Shown here in pieces: positions 54,956-58,658 of a stretch of DNA of 58,658 nt. The notes under the pieces were generated by a model. That model worked only from the letters and a program-made list of their open reading frames with translations. It was not told the origin of the DNA and ran no database searches. The translations under genes and the position numbers were made by a program. The stretch's first letter is position 1. The number at the start of each line of letters is the position of its first letter. The DNA comes from Gammaproteobacteria bacterium. GTDB lineage: Bacteria > Pseudomonadota > Gammaproteobacteria > SZUA-229. The DNA lies in the NCBI GenBank assembly GCA_026196035.1, contig JAPHQX010000041.1, forward strand, positions 1 through 58,658, in the 5' to 3' direction.

Positions 54956-56203
54956 ATGTTTAGACCCAAAGAACTCTATATAGGTTTACGTTACACCCGC
55001 GCCAAGCGTAGAAGTGGCTTTGTCTCGTTCATTGCCATGATCTCTATGCTGGGTATAGCACTGGGTGTTGCAGCACTGATTGTTGTTCTATCCGTTATGA
55101 ATGGCTTTGGTAAGGAATTGCGTGAACGTACTCTGGGTATGACGGCTCATGCCACCATATCGGGATACAATGGTTATCTAACTGACTGGACACCGATCCA
55201 GAATAAAGCCGCCGCCTATCCTCATGTTATTGACTCGGCGCCTTATACACAGGCAGAAGCCATGTTAAGTAATTCTGGTCGTGTTTCTGGTGCCATTATT
55301 CGCGGCATTCTGCCAGCAGAAGAACCCGGTGTTTCAGAAATAGCAGACAAGATGGTGTCTGGAACACTTGATCAGCTTCAACCGGGGCATTATGGAATTA
55401 TTCTGGGCAGAGAACTGGCCAATGCACTGGGCGTCTATGAAGGCGATAAAATTACAGTCATTACCCCTCAGGCTAATGTTACTCCTGTAGGTGTGATGCC
55501 CCGATTACGTCGTTTCACCGTAACCGGCGTGTTTGAAGCGGGCATGCATCAATTTGATCGTTCCATGGCACTGATACATATTAATGATGCGCAGAAATTA
55601 TTCAGTCTGGGAGAACAGATAAACGGACTCAGATTAAAATTCGATGATATGTTCAATGCCAGACTGATTGCCTATGAAATACAGCAACAGATGGGCGATG
55701 ATTACTGGGTTAAAGACTGGACTAATATGCACAGCAATCTGTTCAAGGCATTAAAAACAGAAAAAGTGGTTATGTTCATAATCTTATTATTGATTGTCGC
55801 CGTCGCAGCATTCAATATTATCTCAACATTAGTGATGACTGTGACAGATAAGCAGGCTGATATCGCCATATTAAGAACCCTGGGTATGACACCTGGCAGC
55901 CTGATGGTGATCTTTATTATTCAGGGAATGATTATTGGATTGATAGGCACCCTGCTGGGGGTTTCAGCAGGTGTTCCTATCGCCCTGAATGTGAATGAAA
56001 TCGTCACCACAGTCGAACAGTTTTTTAATACCAAGTTTCTGCCTGCTGATGTTTATTACATTACGGAAATCAGAGCAGATATTCATGTTAAAGATGTCGT
56101 CGTTTATTCAGTTTCAGCATTTTTACTCTCCGTTTTAGCCACAATATATCCTGCATGGCGTGCGGCGAAAGTAGAACCTGCTGATGCGCTGAGGTATGAA
56201 TAA
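54956..56203 (+). CDS. lolC: Lipoprotein-releasing ABC permease (LolC/LolE family)
   Basis: IGLRY, LSVMNGF, VAAFNIISTL, IAILRTLG, YPAWRAA...ALRYE. Confidence 0.9.
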   Translation: MFRPKELYIGLRYTRAKRRSGFVSFIAMISMLGIALGVAALIVVLSVMNGFGKELRERTLGMTAHATISGYNGYLTDWTPIQNKAAAYPHVIDSAPYTQAEAMLSNSGRVSGAIIRGILPAEEPGVSEIADKMVSGTLDQLQPGHYGIILGRELANALGVYEGDKITVITPQANVTPVGVMPRLRRFTVTGVFEAGMHQFDRSMALIHINDAQKLFSLGEQINGLRLKFDDMFNARLIAYEIQQQMGDDYWVKDWTNMHSNLFKALKTEKVVMFIILLLIVAVAAFNIISTLVMTVTDKQADIAILRTLGMTPGSLMVIFIIQGMIIGLIGTLLGVSAGVPIALNVNEIVTTVEQFFNTKFLPADVYYITEIRADIHVKDVVVYSVSAFLLSVLATIYPAWRAAKVEPADALRYE

Positions 56204-56205
56204 GC

Positions 56206-56940
56206 ATGTCCAGTCAAACATCTAGCCCCTCAATCGTTTTACCGGGAAATCATGGCAATCCGATTGTTATGGAGGCGGTTAATTTATGCAAATCCTTCAA
56301 GGAAGGTAGTGGTGGGGAACTCCAGGTACTGAAGAATGTTAACCTGACGGTGAGAGCAAGAGAAAAAATTGCCATTGTTGGGGCCTCTGGTTCAGGCAAA
56401 AGTACATTACTGCATTTACTCGGTGGCCTGGACACACCAACATCAGGTCAGGTTTTTATTGATGATCATGAAATCATCAGAATGAAAGAAGTCGATCGTT
56501 GCAGTTTACGAAATCGAAAACTTGGATTTATTTATCAGTTTCATCATCTATTGCCAGAATTTACGGCTCAGGAAAACGTAGCCATGCCGGCACTCATTAA
56601 AGGCATGCCGCCCTATCAGGCGATGAGTAAAGCTGATGTATTACTTGAAAAAGTGGGGATGACAAGACGACTGGAGCATAAACCGGCTGAATTATCCGGT
56701 GGTGAGCGTCAGCGAGCCGCTATTGCCAGAGCCATGGTCAATGAACCTCAGTGTATATGCGCCGATGAACCCACAGGTAATCTGGACAAGGCGACAGCCG
56801 AGCAGGTCTTTAGAGTTCTACTACGACTTAATGAGGAATACGGAACCAGCCTGATCATTGCCACTCACGATATGATGCTGGCTGAGCAGATGGACATTAT
56901 TTATGCCGTTGAAGATGGTCATCTTACTCGGCAAAATTAA
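56206..56940 (+). CDS. lolD: Lipoprotein-releasing ABC ATPase
   Basis: GASGSGKST, GFIYQFHHLL (LolD motif), LSGGERQR. Confidence 0.93.
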   Translation: MSSQTSSPSIVLPGNHGNPIVMEAVNLCKSFKEGSGGELQVLKNVNLTVRAREKIAIVGASGSGKSTLLHLLGGLDTPTSGQVFIDDHEIIRMKEVDRCSLRNRKLGFIYQFHHLLPEFTAQENVAMPALIKGMPPYQAMSKADVLLEKVGMTRRLEHKPAELSGGERQRAAIARAMVNEPQCICADEPTGNLDKATAEQVFRVLLRLNEEYGTSLIIATHDMMLAEQMDIIYAVEDGHLTRQN

Positions 56941-57021
56941 ATCGAATTATTGACCATTTCTGGCAATCTCATCATAATTTCATGATTCAATATATTATAG
57001 ATTTTGCCTTCACCCGATTGT

Positions 57022-58083
57022 ATGCCTGAAAACACTAAACCACCGGTTCAGATTTTAAATACCAGAGCTCAATATCTGCTCAAGACCCTGATTGACTGTT
57101 ATGTCAGTGATGGTCACCCGGTTGGCTCACGCACGCTTGCAGAAGCTGCAAAGCTGGAAATCAGTACAGCGACCATTCGCAATGTAATGGCCAGGCTTGA
57201 CCATATGGGTTTAGTGACTTCACCCCATACATCAGCGGGTCGTATACCCACAGAAAAGGGCTTTCGATTATTTGTTGATTCAATTCTTGAAGTCCAGCCA
57301 CTGCAAAAATCACTGCTCAACCGAATGAAGCAGCAGCTTAATCCTGATCAGGATCAGGATACGCTGATCAATACTGCCAGTAGTTTAATATCTGATATGA
57401 CTCATATGGCCGGTATTATCTCCATCCCCAAACGCGGACATTTGCCCTTACGTCATATTGAATTTCTACCTTTGTCAGATAAACGTATTCTGGCGATTCT
57501 GGTGGTCAATGAAAAAGAAGTTCAGAATCGGGTGATTCATGTTGATCGTGAATATGCACAGAATGAATTAACTCAAATTGCCAACTACCTGAACCATAAT
57601 TTTTCAGGTAAAGACATTTTTGCTGTGCGCAGCCAGTTAATTGATGAATTAAAAAATGCCCGTTCACAGGTAGATGACCTGATGAAAGCCACTGTAGACA
57701 TTGCCAGCCAGGCATTAAATGCCTCTGACAATGATCAGTCAGACTACCGATTACAGGGGCAGACCAACCTGATACGTTTTAACGAGCTTGAAAACACCCT
57801 AAAGTTGCAGCAACTATTCGACTTTTTTGAAAGCAAACGCGACATGCTGAGTCTGCTGGATCAGTGTATTCAGGCTGAAGATATCCAGGTTTTTATTGGT
57901 CGTGAAGCCGGTCTTGATGAATTTGGCGATTGCAGTATCATTACCGCGCCTTATTCGGTGGATGGTAATGCCATAGGTGTACTGGGCGTGATTGGTCCGA
58001 CGCGTATGCAATACAGTAATATCATTTCAGTGGTTGATGTTACTGCACGATTATTAGGATCAGCCTTGAATCCCAAAATTTAA
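57022..58083 (+). CDS. hrcA: Heat-inducible transcription repressor HrcA
   Basis: PVGSRTL, ATIRNVM, PHTSAGRIPT, GVIGPTRMQY. Confidence 0.96.
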   Translation: MPENTKPPVQILNTRAQYLLKTLIDCYVSDGHPVGSRTLAEAAKLEISTATIRNVMARLDHMGLVTSPHTSAGRIPTEKGFRLFVDSILEVQPLQKSLLNRMKQQLNPDQDQDTLINTASSLISDMTHMAGIISIPKRGHLPLRHIEFLPLSDKRILAILVVNEKEVQNRVIHVDREYAQNELTQIANYLNHNFSGKDIFAVRSQLIDELKNARSQVDDLMKATVDIASQALNASDNDQSDYRLQGQTNLIRFNELENTLKLQQLFDFFESKRDMLSLLDQCIQAEDIQVFIGREAGLDEFGDCSIITAPYSVDGNAIGVLGVIGPTRMQYSNIISVVDVTARLLGSALNPKI

Positions 58084-58092
58084 TCCCCATAT
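58065..58092 (+). promoter_or_regulatory. Sigma32 (RpoH) promoter of grpE
   Basis: CTTGAA-N14-CCCCATAT, a consensus match overlapping the end of hrcA. Confidence 0.85.
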
Positions 58093-58143
58093 AGCAAATC
58101 CATATAAAAACCTTATTATTTCAGCTTATTTTGGAGTAAAGAT

Positions 58144-58658
58144 ATGTCTGACGAGGAAATCCTCGAGCAAGAAACAGAAGTTGATGAAATGCAGGAAGAA
58201 GAAACTGCTACTAATTCAACCGTCGACGACTCAGCCGATTCAGAAGAAACTATTGAATCACTGAAGCTGAAACTTGAACAGGCCGAGAAGAAAGCCACAG
58301 ATAACTGGGACCAGTTGCTTAGAATCAAAGCTGATATGGATAATCTTAGACGCAGAACCCAGCGTGACCTGGAAAATGCACACAAATTTGCAATTGAGAA
58401 GTTTGTGGCTGAACTCTTACCTGTTATGGATAGTATGGAACTGGGTCTTGATGCGGCAGCACATGACTCCAGCACTATTGAAAGCCTGAAAGAGGGAACA
58501 GAGCTGACGCTGAATATGCTGAAATCCGCTCTGCAAAAATTCAATATCGTAGAAATTCACCCTCATGGTGAGCAATTTGATCCTGAATTACATCAGGCGA
58601 TGTCGATACAGGAAAGTGCGGAAATGGAACATAACACGGTGATGGCGGTTATGCAGAA
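58144..58658 (+). CDS. grpE: Nucleotide exchange factor GrpE (truncated by window end; missing from the ORF track)
   Basis: Translated by hand: MSDEEILEQ...LRIKADMDNLRRR...LLPVMDSMELGL...FDPELHQAM; GGAG upstream. Confidence 0.95.
   Translation, partial: MSDEEILEQETEVDEMQEEETATNSTVDDSADSEETIESLKLKLEQAEKKATDNWDQLLRIKADMDNLRRRTQRDLENAHKFAIEKFVAELLPVMDSMELGLDAAAHDSSTIESLKEGTELTLNMLKSALQKFNIVEIHPHGEQFDPELHQAMSIQESAEMEHNTVMAVMQ

Noticed and set aside
58116-58544. 142-aa minus-strand ORF and 71-aa plus-strand ORF
   Set aside because: Shadow frames of grpE, which the ORF track missed because it runs off the window.

Overview
This is a mostly core-genome window from an AT-rich gammaproteobacterium. 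It is probably a sulfur oxidiser, inferred from soxB, a SoxW-like double thioredoxin and a DsrE-family protein. The main blocks are: rpsA(3' end)-ihfB-lapAB-pyrF-comEA; a divergent Lon-like/M16C protease pair; pyrG-kdsA-eno-ftsB-ispDF-yqiA-nagZ-mscS-dsrE-hpt-mtnP; nudJ-orf-mnmA-hflD-lpxL; comEC-exbBD-msbA-lpxK-ycaR-kdsB-rlmKL; rsd; msrA plus a PAS hybrid kinase; tmRNA (tag ANDDNYALAA); purL; msrPQ; soxB; aguAB; sfsA; lolC/E-lolD; hrcA and grpE (5' part). I saw no integrase, transposase, CRISPR array, rRNA or tRNA. The best candidate for an undescribed system is a membrane methyltransferase plus small kinase pair converging on lpxL, possibly a phosphorylate-then-methylate envelope modification. 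Other points of interest are an msrA-linked kinase with a CxxCH insert, a full sigma54-type promoter ahead of DUF503-sixA, a nested palindromic element after soxB, a 1-bp frameshifted LamB-like porin and a decayed methyltransferase. All family calls come from motif recognition by eye; no searches were run.
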